The notes under the pieces were generated by a model. The model was not told the DNA's origin, did no database searches, and saw nothing but the letters and a program-made list of their open reading frames with translations. From the human T2T-CHM13v2.0 reference genome, Homo sapiens, in assembly GCF_009914755.1 (NCBI RefSeq), contig NC_060926.1: a stretch of DNA of 64,000 nt. One strand, 5' to 3'. The position numbers and the translations under genes were made by a program. The stretch's first letter is position 1. Each line of letters starts with the position of its first letter. Below are positions 44,077 to 57,760 of the stretch, piece by piece.

Positions 44077-45627
44077 ATTTACCATTGGCACTAGAGTTCC
44101 TCTTAGGAAGGAAAGTCTTTAGGAAACAATCTTTAAATATGATTTGAGGGCAGGGGTTGGAAGAATACAGCAAACACAGATGGCTATACTTTCCTATTTC
44201 AGAAATGAAGAGTGGTGTGGGGAGAGATAGAGAGGAGAGGAGAGAGGAAGTGGCAAGAGAACCAGACAACAGACCCATTGTAGGAGGGTGAAGCCTACTC
44301 AGAAAGATGGTCATTGAGAAGTTTTCTGTGGCAGGGCAACCAGGAGATTTTAAAGAATGTCTAATACTCAATTTTAAGTTGCATAGTGCATTCCCCATTG
44401 TTTCAGAAATTATTGTTTGAAGAGTTCAGTAGGAAAGTAAGGAAACAGGATGGAGTTCCCTGGAGCTGGGAGGACAGAAGGGTGAGCAGAGAGAAGGGAA
44501 CAGCCCAAAAGGCAAGAAGTGAGTGAGTCAACAGAAGCCAACAGTGACCATGAGAATATAAGCTCCTGGGAATTTTCAGGAATTGTGGGAAGGGAACTTC
44601 CACAGGATGTGGGATAGAAAGCTAGAGAGAATTTCATTTACATTTTAAATGCAGAGTAACCTCACCTGGCTTCCACAGACTCTGTAGTGAACAGCATCCA
44701 TCTGTCACTGACATCTTACCCATTGAGTCTCTGTGTAGAGCTTCATATGTCTTGTCTTTAATAAGTATTCTCTGATTATGAAAATCCACATTTACTTGGA
44801 CTTTGAAAAATAATTGGATCGAATAGGACTCTGGGAAAGTAGGAACTGTAATAATAAAAATTTCTCAGACTTATTGGAAAATCATTTCCTGCTTTGTATT
44901 CTCCTGGGGCCACTTCAGGGACAGGAATGAAAACTGCCCCTTGCGGGGTAATGAGATTCCCATTGCTGGAGGGTCTAAGCAGAGCCAGAGTGACCAGTTG
45001 ACCTGAAGTTGTGCTGGGGTTTCATATGTCAGGTAGAAGCTGGACAGACAGGCTTCCAAGCCCTTCAAATGTTGAGCCCTATACCTGGGGGAGGGCTTAA
45101 AACTTTCAGAGAAGTTTAAAATATTCCAAGTGTCTGTGATTGTTTCTGAAGAGTGTATATTTGGCCCATCCCACAGCTCTCTGTTAATCTGTTCCAGCTT
45201 ATACTAATTGTATTCTCATTATTTGGGAGGAAGGAAAGGAGACTTGGACCCTCTCCAAGAGGTGGGGTTGGCATGCAGCTCACCCTGTGGCACTTGTGGG
45301 AAGCAGCATCTGTCATGCTGGGGGACCTTCCAAGTTCCCATAGGACTGGGGAGTTGCAAGGGACCCTTCTGGTCTGTACCTGGATCCCATGACAGTGGGG
45401 GTTTGTGAAGCCATGTCACACCTGTTTGCAAAGATTTAGATTGGGATGGCTGGGGAAGAACCACACCACTAACATCTACAGGGGCAGAGCTATGGGTCTC
45501 AGGAAGTCTTGGGACTGAGGAGCTATGGGAATGAGGGGTGAAGGTGTAATTTCATTGGTGGGGACATAGCTGGGGCTTCTCCTGACAATCTATCATTCCT
45601 TTTTTCTCTTTTCTTAAAAACTCATCG

Positions 45628-46074
45628 TGAAACTGAGCTAATAGTCCTGTAGATAGTTTTTTGGATAAACAAGCATAAGACCTTCTGATCTTAAAGCTTG
45701 AACCTCACATTTGTTTTATCTGAGTTCTTTCCTCAGGAAACCACCTTCAGGCCTCTCAAAAAAAAGTATCAAAGAACTGAAACTCAACAGATCACCACAT
45801 CCAGACAATGAGATGCTAGACCCCTCATTCATCATGATTGCTTCCTTGCCCCTCCCTATTTCCTATTTTCTTCCACATTGCTACATTTCTTCCCTGCTAT
45901 ATAAACCCCTAGTCTTAGTCTGTCAGGGAGATGGATTTGAGACTGAACTCCCATCTCCTTGGCTGCAGCACCTGATTAAAGCTTTCTTCCTTAGCAATAA
46001 TCATTGTCTCAGTGATTGGCTTTCTGTGCAGCAAGCAGCAGGACCTAGACCAAACCCCTCGTGTTTCTGTAACA
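45628..46074 (+). mobile_element. Solo ERV LTR (LTR47/MER72-like)
   Basis: TG...CA ends, ~447 bp; TATATAAACCC TATA box and ATTAAA polyA signal; resembles my recollection of the LTR47/MER72 consensus. Confidence 0.7.
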
Positions 46075-46127
46075 ATTGCAGATAGACATGGAGTGGGGAA
46101 TCACAGCTTTGCTCACACTGCAAGTCA

Positions 46128-46298
<171 letters not shown>

Positions 46299-46355
46299 TT
46301 ATTTCCTGATCTATTTTCTCTATGAAACCCTGCTCTGAGTATCAGGGGAAAAAAA

Positions 46356-46377
<22 letters not shown>

Positions 46378-46395
<18 letters not shown>

Positions 46396-46639
46396 TAGAC
46401 AGGGTCTCATTCTGTCACCCAGGCTGGAGTGCAGTGGCTCAAGCACAGGCCACCTTAGCCTCCCGAGTAGCTGGGACTGCAGGCGTGTGCCACTACACCT
46501 GGCTAATTTTTGTTTTTTATTTTTGTGGAGGGGTTTCACCATGTTGTGTAGGCTTGTCTCAAACTCCTGGTCTCAAGCAATCAGCCTGTCTCGGCCTCCC
46601 AAAGTGCTAGGATAACAGGCATGAGCCACCATGCCTGGC
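46378..46639 (-). mobile_element. AluJ with internal deletion and (TA)n tail
   Basis: Antisense Alu; right arm shortened after GCAGTGGC. Confidence 0.9.
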
Positions 46640-46712
46640 AAAATATGTTTCATCTTACTCCAGTTTATAGCTTGGTCTGATACAATGATTTGCAAATAAA
46701 TTTCCCTAACTC

Positions 46713-47112
46713 TGCTATGGTTGGAATGTATGTGTCCCTCTAAAATTCATATATTGGAACTTAAACCCCAGTGTGATAGTATTAAGAGGTGGGGTCTTTA
46801 GAGGTCATAAGTCATGAGGGTGGAACTGTCTATGAATGGGGTTAGTGACCTTGTAAAAGGGATAGGCTAGCCAGGCCCTTTTTTGCTCTTCCACTGCTTC
46901 CAACATATGAGGACAGCATTCGCCCCCTTTGGAGGATGCAGCAACAAGGCACTATCTTGGAAGCAGAAATTAGGTCCTCATCAGACACCAAATCTGTTGC
47001 CACCTTGATCTTGGATTTCCAGCTTTTAGAACCATGACAAAATAAATTACTGTTCTTTACAAATCACCCAGTCTCACATACTTTGTTATAGCAGCACGAA
47101 CAGACCAACACA
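46713..47112 (+). mobile_element. MSTD/MLT1A-like MaLR solo LTR
   Basis: TGCTATGGTTGGAATGT...AAAATTCATAT...CACCTTGATCTTGGATTTCCAGC...GTTATAGCAGCAC. Confidence 0.85.
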
Positions 47113-47395
47113 CTCACAGATACCTCCCTACCTCTGCTTTTCTCCCTGAGGTGCTTCTAGATGTACGGGGAGCATGTGACCTCAGGACAGTTAGGTCTAA
47201 GTAGAGTCCTTACCCTGTCCACTGGTTCGGGACAGCAGTGTCCACACAAGTCCCTGGTCGGTGGGCATCTTGTTGACATTGGCAGTTGAGGTCCTTGGCT
47301 CATGTAACTTATGGTCTTGACATGCTCCTGGCTTGATGTGAGCATGGTAGTGCCCTGACTAAAGTCTGGTGGCAGCTCTTGGTGAGGCCCATGTA

Positions 47396-47577
47396 AGGTT
47401 GCCAGATTTTGCAAACAAAACTACAGGACACCTACTTAAATCTCAGTTGTCTATCTGAATTTCAGTTAAACAATGAATAATTTTAGTATATGTTCCAAAT
47501 ATTACATGTGATATGATTTGTTATTTATTTGAAATTCAAATGTAACTAGATGTCCTGTATTTTATCCAGCGAACCTC
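47396..47577. mobile_element. MER53-like hAT element
   Basis: AGGTTGCCAGAT...ACAGGACA / TGTCCTGTATTTTATC inverted ends. Confidence 0.7.
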
Positions 47578-48668
47578 ATCCCAGACCTAGTGCCCTTGGC
47601 AACAAAGACTGTGGCCCCTGATGAGGGAACCCTTTTGGCAGACTCAGCAGCTGTACCTTCAGGAAACTGCTTGGTCCCTCCACAAGGCATAGGCTAATTT
47701 CTCGGCACGTTTTATGCCCTAAGCAGTCAGGGATTTGCTGGGAGAGTTCAACTCAGGGCCTTTCTGGCTAAAAAACTGGGCTAGGCTGCCACTGCTTCTC
47801 TGATGAGGCCACCCCACATTGGTGCTGGGAAGTCCTTGAGCCCCAGTGGGCAAGGGGCAGGAGCCCTCTCTGCCCTTGGTGTCACCTCCCTCACTATTTA
47901 CCTTTCCTCTTCTTCATCTTTTGCTTCTTCCTCCTGCTTCTTGCTCAAATCCTCCAGGCCGAAAGCAGTTTCTTTTTTTATCTCCCCTGTGTTATATCCT
48001 TTTTCTACCATTGTACAGCAAGCCTCATGCCTGGCTGCCATAGCAGAAAGAATATTTTCTTTGTATGACAGGAGAACTCAGTGATCTTCATTCTCCATCC
48101 TTGCTTCTGGTTATGTTAAAATGGAAGAAATAAAGAAATGTAGGAAACCCTATGTCAAGGTAATAATCTGGGTTGCATGACTGTTGTCTTGCTACAAAAT
48201 CGTATGTTGAATGTCAGATATGTAATTTTTTTTTCCTTGCATTCCTTTGTACCTACCCTGTTCTCACCTTAGATACAAGGATATTGCCAGCTGATGGGGG
48301 AGAAGATCATGAGCTCAGAGATGCAACAGAGAAAAATCACATTAATAATTTTTTACAAGATTTCTTCATTATATGCTTGTTCGGAGGCAATCCTGACATA
48401 GATACTTCTACTTTGAGCTGTGTGCCCTCCTTCTCTACTTCTTGTAATATGAACTTCTATTATGAGAGAAGTTGGCTTTGTCTCCTCAAATCTTCAGGAG
48501 ACAAATTAATTTCTGGGCATAAGATATTAAGTTTTTTTTAATGGAATTATGAAATTTCTCAAAGACACATAAAGGTGAAGGAAATTAAAGTAGCAGCATG
48601 CAAGTTTCTACCATACAGATAAGAATCTTTAGATAGGACCTACGAACTTCAAGTTTATAAAGACATCA

Positions 48669-49019
<351 letters not shown>

Positions 49020-49439
49020 TTAAAAGATGTAAAAAATATTTAAAACTTTTTGCTGTCAGTCCAAATATCTTCTTTAAATTCTCCTAGTGTTTTTGGCTTC
49101 AGATTGTGCCACTCTAAAGTTAATAATCTAACTACAGGGCTAAAATCAAATTATTTGATAGGACACAATTGGGAGATGCAAAAATCAGGTACATAGGATG
49201 CATTCTATTGTTGACTTCCTGAAATGCCATTTGTAGGCTGAGGATTGAGAAGAAGAATATATAATATAATTCTTTTAGTTTGAAAATAAAATCATTTCTT
49301 ACTTCAGGTAATCTGTATCTCTGGCCTCCTTGTCTGACTGAGTGGATTCATTGCTCCTGTATGTGTTATCACAGAAGTGAACTTGTAAGTAAATGACACT
49401 ATAGAGTATCATTTATGCATTCTCAATACATGCTTCCAT

Positions 49440-49848
49440 TTTTGTTTATGTATTTTTATTTCAGTAGTTTTTGGGGAACAAGTGGTATTGGGCTACATGA
49501 ATAAATTCTTTAGTGGCGATTTCTGAGATTTTGGTGGACCGGTCACCTGAGCAGTGTACACTGTACCCAGTATGTAGTCTTTTATCCCATACCCTCTTCC
49601 TACTCTACCCTCTAAGTCCCCAAAGTCCATTATATCATTCTTATGCCTTTGCATTCTCATAGCTTAGATCCCACTTGTGAGTGACATTTATTTGGTTTTC
49701 CATTCCTGAGTTACTTCACTTAGAATAGTGGCCTCCAGCTGAGTTACTTCACTTAGAATAGTGGCCTCCAGCTGAGTTACTTCACTTAGAGTAGTGGCCT
49801 CCAGCTCCATCCAAGTTGCTGCAAAAGACATTATTTTGTTCCTTTTTC
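49440..49848 (-). mobile_element. L1PB-like 3' end
   Basis: TTCTTTAGTGGCGATTTCTGAGATTTTGGTG...CCTGAGCAGTGTACACTGTACCC...CTCCATCCAAGTTGCTGCAAAAGAC. Confidence 0.88.
49706..49804. repeat. 33-bp tandem triplication
   Basis: CTGAGTTACTTCACTTAGAATAGTGGCCTCCAG x3, with one substitution in copy 3. Confidence 0.97.
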
Positions 49849-50396
49849 AATACATGCTGTTTAACTGCCCATGTTTCACGATGTTTCTTGTTTAGTTCAG
49901 AGAATGTTTGTGAAGGTAAATGGAACACAATCCAATGCAATTGCCTCATTCTGTGGATTGAGAAGGGGTGGAATGATCTCTTCTGGAGCCAGTGGGAGGC
50001 AGACCTGGGATTCAGAGCCCTTTCCTGCCTGGAGCAGCCTGGTGCTCTTCCCAGAACCGCCGCCTGGCACCACACCGCCTCCCTTCTGCTGATTAACAGA
50101 AACGAACCACCATACATTCTGGTATCAAGAATGTCGTAAAGTTTAAATTGGACTATCTTGTAATTAGCTACATTTTAAAGGTTTGGAGGTGGGCTCAGCA
50201 CTTTGCTTCAGCACATTAACTGCTTCACAAGGAGAAAGAGGAATTTAAACAGAAGGCAAAAAGGGAAAACATGTTCTTTATTTGGGAGCAATGAAATCGG
50301 TTTCAATGATATTGGATTATAATGGGCCAATTTTTATCTAGAATCTGTGTCCCTGGAAACACAAACCTCAAAAAAAAATTTTCACATATTTTTTAG

Positions 50397-50804
<408 letters not shown>

Positions 50805-50849
50805 CTGCATTGTCTTAATAGAAAGAAGATATTTATTTGTCTTAATGGA

Positions 50850-51432
50850 AAGAAACTTAGAGGTAGAAATACCAGTTGACCCAGCAATCCCATTACTGGA
50901 TATATACCCCCCAAAATATACATTTTTCTATGATAAAGATACATGCATGTGTATGTTCATTGCAGCACTATTCACAACAGCAAAGACGTGGAATCAGCCT
51001 AAATGCCCATGAATGACAGACTGGATAAAGAAAATGTGGTACATATACACCATGGAATACTATGCAGCCATAAAAATTAACGAGATCATGTCCTTTGCAG
51101 GGACATGAATGGAGTTGGAAGCCATTATCCTCAGCAAACTAATGCAGGAACAGAAAACCAAACACTGCATGTTCTCACTTATAATTGGGAGCTGAATGAT
51201 AAGGACACATGGACACATGGTAGGGGAACAACACACACTGAAGCCTGTTGGTGGCGGGGACTGGGGGAGTGAGAGCATTAGGAAGAATAGCTAATGCATG
51301 CTGAGCTTAATACCTAGGTGATGGGTTGATCTGTGCAGCAGACCACCACTGTACACCTTTACCTAGGTATCAAACCTGCACATCCTGCACATGTACCCCT
51401 GAACTTAAAATAAAAGTTGAAAAAAAAAAGAA
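50850..51432 (+). mobile_element. L1PA (older subfamily, PA8-13-like) 3' end
   Basis: ORF2 C-terminal remnant (DPAIPLLDIYP...CMCMFIAALFTTAKTWNQPKCP), 3'UTR, AATAAA and A-tail. Confidence 0.93.
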
Positions 51433-51597
51433 GATCCAAATTTTTTATGTCCAAATTTAAGACGCTCCATGATCTAATTATATTTCTAAGTATGTGTACT
51501 GTATTACTTCTATTTTTGCCTCTGATTTTCAAATTGTACCAGCTAACACCGATTTGTTGCTTTTTTTGTGGGGTTGGGGGGCTTATTTGTTTTTTCC

Positions 51598-52190
51598 ACT
51601 TTTTTTTAATTGTTAATTTTTTAGAGTACATAGTACGTGTACGTATTTGTGGCATATGTGAGATATTTTGGTATAGGCATGCAATGCATAATAATCACAT
51701 CATGGGAAATTGGGTCTCCATCCCCTCAAGAATTAATCCTTCATGTTATGAACAGTTCAATTATGCTCTTTTAGTTATTTTTACATGTACAATTAAATTA
51801 TTATTGACTAGAGGAGCCAGGCGCAGTGGCTCAACACTTTGGGAGGCTGAGGTGGGTGGATTGCTTGAGCCCATGAGTTCAAGATCAGCCTGGGCAACAT
51901 GACGAAATCCCATCTCTACTAAAAATACAAAAAATTAGCCAGGTGGACATGGTGGCACATGCCTGTAGTCCCAGCTACTCAGGAGGCTGATGTGGGAGAA
52001 TCATCTGAGCCCAGGAGGTCGAGGCTGCAGTGAGATCACACCACTAGATCGGGTTGCACTTCAGCCTGGGCAACTGGAGTGAGACCCCGTCTCAAAAAAT
52101 AAAAATAAAATACAAATTAGAAAATTATTATTGACTATAGCCCTCCTGTTGTGCTATCAAATACTAGATCTTATTCATTCTTTCTATTTT
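51598..52190 (-). mobile_element. L1MA-like 3' end interrupted by an Alu
   Basis: GGCATGCAATGCATAATAATCACATCATGG...; continues after the Alu with TGTTGTGCTATCAAATACTAGATCTTATTCATTC. Confidence 0.85.
51815..52112 (+). mobile_element. AluJ
   Basis: GGATTGCTTGAGCCC and GAGGCTGCAGTGAG; TSD AAATTATTATTGACTA. Confidence 0.9.
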
Positions 52191-53718
52191 TGTTTTTGGC
52201 TTCACTAATTTTTAAAACTTTACTCATACTTCAAAAAGCAGCTCAAATGCTTCTTTCTTCATAAAGCCCTTCCCTATCTGTATTTCTGTGTCTACCCTCT
52301 ACAAAATGAATGTGTACATCATTGGTGTTCCCATAGTATATTATTTATAATTAAAATATACCAAATAAATAACATGTGGAAAACTTGCCCCTTTATCAAA
52401 TACACTCTTACTATTTCACTTAATTGCCGCACTTGCAATATTCTGCGTTACTACTTGGGTTAGCATCTTAGCTCTTTTACTGACGTGTAAGAACCTTTAT
52501 AGTGAGGCACCACTTTCCTATTTGATTTTGTGCAATCCACTGTTTTATGTTTTGCACATGGCAAGTGTCCCATTTGATATTTATTGGCACTGAGTTGATA
52601 GTGGAGTCCATACCGACCCGAAGGGATTAAGTTCCTAAATGTAAATAGATTTTTTTCTTGTCCTCAGATGAAGGCTCTAGGAGTGACCCCAGCTCTAACA
52701 TTGCCCCAGCCGGCACTGCTAGCCTCAAATTCCACCTCCGACTTTGAAGTCTGGCAGCCACCTCAGAGCCTTAATAGGGAAAGCCGTGACTTGCTGGGTA
52801 ATAACACACTGCCTTGGAATAATCATTTTCAAATGAATCAACAACAGCAGCTATTTGCCTGATCTAATTAGCATCACCTTTTTTGAGCAGGCAGAAAAAG
52901 GTTGGCATATTCTGTATGATGCAACATGCAGCAAATTATATAGACAAGGCAACATCACAGGGTCAGACGCTCACCTCCATGGCTGAGGGCTTTCTGGCAG
53001 TCTTTTTTTTTCCTTCCTCCTTTCTGCACCAGCTCAATAAATTGCTTGCATCATTTCAAGTATTATAGAATTGCAGGATATCCTTAATTTGAAACTTAGC
53101 CCAAATATGGTTTCTGTAGTTAAGGAGACTTGCTTCACAGGAGCGTTGCAAGAGCAAAGGTGCAATTCTCTTCACATCCAAGAATATTTGAAAGCAATTT
53201 AACCTGAGTGAGAAATTAACTCTGCTTATTTACCTGGCAGGAATGTCAAGAAAGAACACTGTTACCCTTTTGTTCCTTCTAAGAGGCTTTTGTTTCCAAA
53301 GTAGAGTTCTGTAGATATTCTGTAAGGAGGAAGGCTTCACTGAAGAGAGAACAGGCAGAAGGGATGAGAATGATTTCCTAAAACTGGAAAGAAGATGCAC
53401 ATACGGCTGATGGTTGAAGGCAGTGTTCTCTCTCACTTAGAGGAGGTAGCATGGCCTTGGATGGAGGAATGAATTCTAAGGTAGTGGTGTGCTGGAGCCA
53501 GCCTGGCAAAGAAATCTGTTCCCCAATGCAATCACAGTGGACTGAGAATCCAGCCTTTCCCCACATTTTTCAGGACCATGTAAGGGCTTTCTCAATCCCT
53601 GACTCTTTTAAGACTCTAAGATAGGGAATTACCACCCTACAATGACTGAAATTGAATGTTCTGTCCACCCTTGTGAGATTGAGGCCAGATATCATTTGGT
53701 TTACAAAAATAAAATGTA

Positions 53719-54030
53719 GGCCAGGTGTGATGGCTCACGCCTGTAATCCCAGCACTTTGGGAGGCTGAGGTGGGTGGATCACCTGAGGTCAGGAGTTCAA
53801 GACCAGTCTAGTCAACATGGTAAAAACCCATCTCTACTAAAAAAAACAAACAACAAAAAAAAAACAAAAATTAGCCAGGAGTGGTGGCAGGCTCCTATAA
53901 TCTCAGCTACTCAGCAGGCTGAAGCAGGAGAATTGCTGGAACCAGGAGGCAAAGGTTGCAGTGAGCCAAGATCATGCCATTGCACTCCAGTCCGGGCGAC
54001 AACAGTGAGACGTCGTCTCAAAAAAAAAAA
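53719..54030 (+). mobile_element. AluS (Sp/Sq-like)
   Basis: Full dimer with expanded middle A tract; TSD AAAATGTAG. Confidence 0.94.
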
Positions 54031-54145
54031 AAATGTAGACTCTAGAGCCAGACTTTCTGTGTTCATAAATCTGGCTCTGTCACTTGCTAGTTGTGTGAGC
54101 TTGGGCACATGCCTCAATTTCCTCATCTTTTAAATGGAAACATTA

Positions 54146-54286
54146 TTAGGCTGGTGTAAAAGTAATTGCGGTTTTTGCCATGACTTCTTTTTTTTTTTTT
54201 TTAATTATACTTTAAGTTTTAGGATACATGTGCACAATGTGCAGGTTGCCATGACTTTTAACGGCAAAACCAATGCATCAATCTAA
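54146..54286. mobile_element. MADE1 mariner MITE, interrupted
   Basis: TTAGGCTGGTGTAAAAGTAATTGCGGTTTTTGCCAT...CTTTTAACGGCAAAACC...TGCATCAATCTAA, flanked by TA. Confidence 0.88.
54187..54245 (-). mobile_element. Ultra-short L1PA 3' end insertion
   Basis: Poly-T + ATTATACTTTAAGTTTTAGGATACATGTGCACAATGTGCAGG; TSD TTGCCATGACTT at 54175 and 54246. Confidence 0.92.
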
Positions 54287-54297
54287 TATATAATCTT

Positions 54298-56574
54298 TGA
54301 TATGGTTTGAGTGTGTCCCCACCTAAATCTCAACTTGAATTGTATCTTCCAGAATTCCCACGTTTTGGGAGGGACCCAGGAGGAGGTAATTAAATCATGG
54401 GGGCTGGTTTTTTCTGTGCTATTCTCATGATAGTGAGTAAGTCTCACGAGATCTGATGGGTTTATTAGGGCTTTCTGCTTTTGCTTCTTCCTCATTTTCT
54501 CTTGCTGCCATCATGTAAGAAGTGCCTTTTGCTTCCTGCCATGACTCTGAGGCCTCCCCAGCCATGTGAAACTGCAAGTCCAATTAAACCTCTTTTTCTT
54601 CCCAGTCTTGGGTATGTCTTTATCAGCAGTATAAAAACAGACTAATATAGTTAATTGGTACCAATAGAGTGGGGAGTTGCTAAAAAGGTACCCAAAAATG
54701 TGGAAGCAACTTTGGAACTGGGTAACAGGCAGACATTGGAACAGTTTGGAGGGCTCAGAAGAAGACAGGAAAATGTGGGAAACTTTAGAAGTCTGTAGAG
54801 ACTTGTTGAATGGCTTTGCCCAAAATGCTGATAGTGATATGGACAATAAGGTGCAGGCTGAGGTGATCTCAGATGGAGATGAGGAACTTGTTGAGAACCG
54901 GAGTAAAGGTGACTCTTGTTATGTTTTAGCAAAGACACTGGTGGCATTTTGCCTCTGCTCTAGAGATTTGTGAAACTTTGAATTTGAGAAAGATGATTTA
55001 GGGTATTTGGCAGAAGAAATTTCTAGGCAGCAAAGCATTCAAGAGGTAATTTGGGTGCTGTTAAAGGCATTCAGTTTTATAAGGGAAGCAGAGCATAAAA
55101 GTTTGGAAAATTTGTAGCCTGACTATGCAATAGAAAAGAAAAACCCATTTCCTGAAATTCAAACTAGCTGCAGAAATTTGCGTAAGTAGCAAGGAGCCTA
55201 ATGTTAATCCCCAAGACCATGGGGAAAATGTCTCTAGGCCATGTCAGAGACCTTCATGGCAGCCCCTCCCATCACAGGCCTGGAGGCCCAGGAGGAAAAA
55301 GTGGTTTTGTGGGCCAGACCCAGGGTCCCTGTGCTGTGTGCAGCCTAGGGACTTGGTGCCCTGTGTCCCAGCCACTCCAGCCACGGCTGAAAGATGCCAA
55401 CATACAGCTCAGGCTGTGGCTTTGGAGATTGGAAGCCCCAAGCCTTGGCATATTCCATGTGGTGTTGAGCCTCAAAGCACACAGAAGTGAAGAATTGAGG
55501 TTTGGGAACCTCCACCTAGATTTCAGAAGATGTATGGAAATGCCTGGATGCCCAGAAAAAAGTTTGCTGTAGGCACAGGGCCCTCATGGAGAACATCTGC
55601 TAGGGCAGTGTGGAAGGGAGATATGGGGTAGAAGCCCCCACACACAGTCCCTACTGGGGCACCGCCTAGTGGAGCTGTGAGAAGAGGGCCACTGTCCTCC
55701 AGACGCCAGAATGGTACATCCACCTACAGATAGCACCGTGTGCCTGGAAAAGCTGCAGACAATCAATGCCAGCTTGTGAAAGCAGCTGGGAGGGAGGCTG
55801 TACCCTGCAAAGCCACAGGGGTAGAGCTGCCTAAGACCATGGGAACCAACCTCTTGCATCAGCATGACCTGAATGTGAGATATGGAGTCAAGGGAGATCC
55901 TTTTGGAGCTTTAAGATTTGACTGCCCTACAGGATTTTGGACTTGCATGGGGCTTGTAGTCCCTTTGTTTTTGTCAATTTCTCTCATTTGGAATGGCTGT
56001 ATTTACCCATTGCCTGTACCCCCATTGTATCTAGGAAGTAACTAACTTGCTTTTGATTTTACAGAGTCATAGGTGGAAGAAACTTGCTTTGTCTGGGATG
56101 AGACTTTAGGCTGTGGACTTTTGAGTGAATGCTGAAATGAGTTAAGACCTTGGAACACTGTTGGGAAGACATGACTGATTTTGAAATGTGAGGACATGAG
56201 ATTTAGGAGGGGCCAGGGTGAAATGATATGGTTTGGCTGTGTCCCCACCCAAATCTCAACTTGAATTTTATCTCTCAGAATTCCCACATGTTGTGGGAGG
56301 GACCTAGGGGGAAGTAATTGAATCATGGGGGCCAGTCTTTCCAGTGCTATTCTCGTGACAGTGAATAACTCTCATGATACCTGATGGGTTTATTAGGGGT
56401 TTCTGCTTTTGCTTCTTCCTCATTTTCTCTCGCTGCCATGTAAGAAGTGCCTTTTGCCTCCCGCCATGATTCTGAGGCCTCCTCAGCCACGTGGAACTGT
56501 AAGGCCAATTAAATCTCGTTTTCTTCCCAGTCTCGGCTATGTCTTTATCAACAGCATAAAAATGGACTATAACA
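54298..56574 (+). mobile_element. Complete THE1A element (5' LTR 54298-54649, internal 54650-56223, 3' LTR 56224-56574)
   Basis: Two ~350-bp LTRs beginning TGATATGGTTTG; THE1 internal ORF remnants; polypurine tract before the 3' LTR; perfect 5-bp TSD ATCTT. Confidence 0.96.
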
Positions 56575-57569
56575 ATCTTCTTTATAAGGTTGCTGAGAGG
56601 ATAGAGTTGATATGTTGAAGCCTTGAAAGCAGGGCCTAGCCTATGTGAAGCACCATCTAAACACTCATCCCACTGTTGCTGCTGGGGTCATATTACATAG
56701 GCATATTTACACATGCTGAATGAATAGCCCTAGTACTGCGTGTGTGTCCAGAGGGCAAGTAATTTGAGGGAAGTGTCAATGTCTACATTTCTTTATCTTT
56801 GCCCTTGCATTGCTTCTGCGCTTTCGTTACACTTCCTGTTACAGTTTGAACATGCACGTTTCTTACGTCCACATCTCTGTAGCTCTCCCAGTTCCTGACA
56901 CATGGTAAGTACACAGCAAACAAGTTTCAGGTTGAACTGAATTTAGATCTGTTGTATGGTATTCAGCAAAGTGCTCAGGTCTAGTCAAGGGCTTTCTGAT
57001 GATACTGATTGAAAAACAATCACAATGATTTATTAAAGGGCCTAAAATAATGTGGCTCCTTGGTCAAGAGGAAAGCGAGGTCCGAAGAAAGTCATTACCA
57101 TAAGGTCACATGGATATTTAGAGGCAGAGTTGGCTCCCTGAGGTTTCCTCCTCAAAAGCCTCCAGGTTTGAGGAACCAACTAGTGCTTCCTTAAAGAGCA
57201 GCCCAAGGCCATAAGACCTTTGTCAAAGAATTCAAAGGAACCCTGGGTTGCTCCTGGCCCAAATGTTGGGGAAGGGGGTCAGCTTTCACAGTAAGCGGAG
57301 ATTTCAGGGGGGACTGGATTTATTAACTAGAATAGCTGACAAACTTTTCTTTTCCTCCTCCAGTCATAGAAAAGCATCTGGCCAAAGATGCCATTCTTCA
57401 ATTCAGAGGGAAGACTTTCTGGAGCTTCATGGCTTAACAGTTAACCGAGTATCCTTGTAACAGCTAAGTACCCTTAGCTTAACAAATAAAAAAACTGAAA
57501 CGCATTTGGAAAGACAAAGGCTACGTAGCAGGAGTCAGCTTTCTAGATTAATATTACAACAACATAAAC

Positions 57570-57760
57570 AACAATCAACATTGATTGGGCACTAGGTTCT
57601 GTGCTGGGTTTGTTCCTATGTCATTTCATTCAATCCTCACAGGAGTCCAAGGAGATGCACTATTATTTTCTTCATGTCACAGATGAGGAAATGAGAATGA
57701 AGATGTCGAGTGACTATTCCAAAGGCATAGTAAGGAGTACCCAGCCTTTGAACCCTCCTT
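57570..57760 (-). mobile_element. MIR
   Basis: TCATTTCATTCAATCCTCAC...CAGATGAGGAAATGAG. Confidence 0.65.

Noticed and set aside
49706-49804. 33-bp repeats superficially like a CRISPR array
   Set aside because: No spacers; head-to-tail duplication of L1 sequence in a primate genome
51417-51902. 161-aa hydrophobic ORF resembling a membrane protein
   Set aside because: It runs through T-rich L1 antisense tail and Alu sequence, so the hydrophobicity is compositional
54677-56045. Several 90-120 aa ORFs
   Set aside because: Broken THE1 internal-region frames, not a host gene
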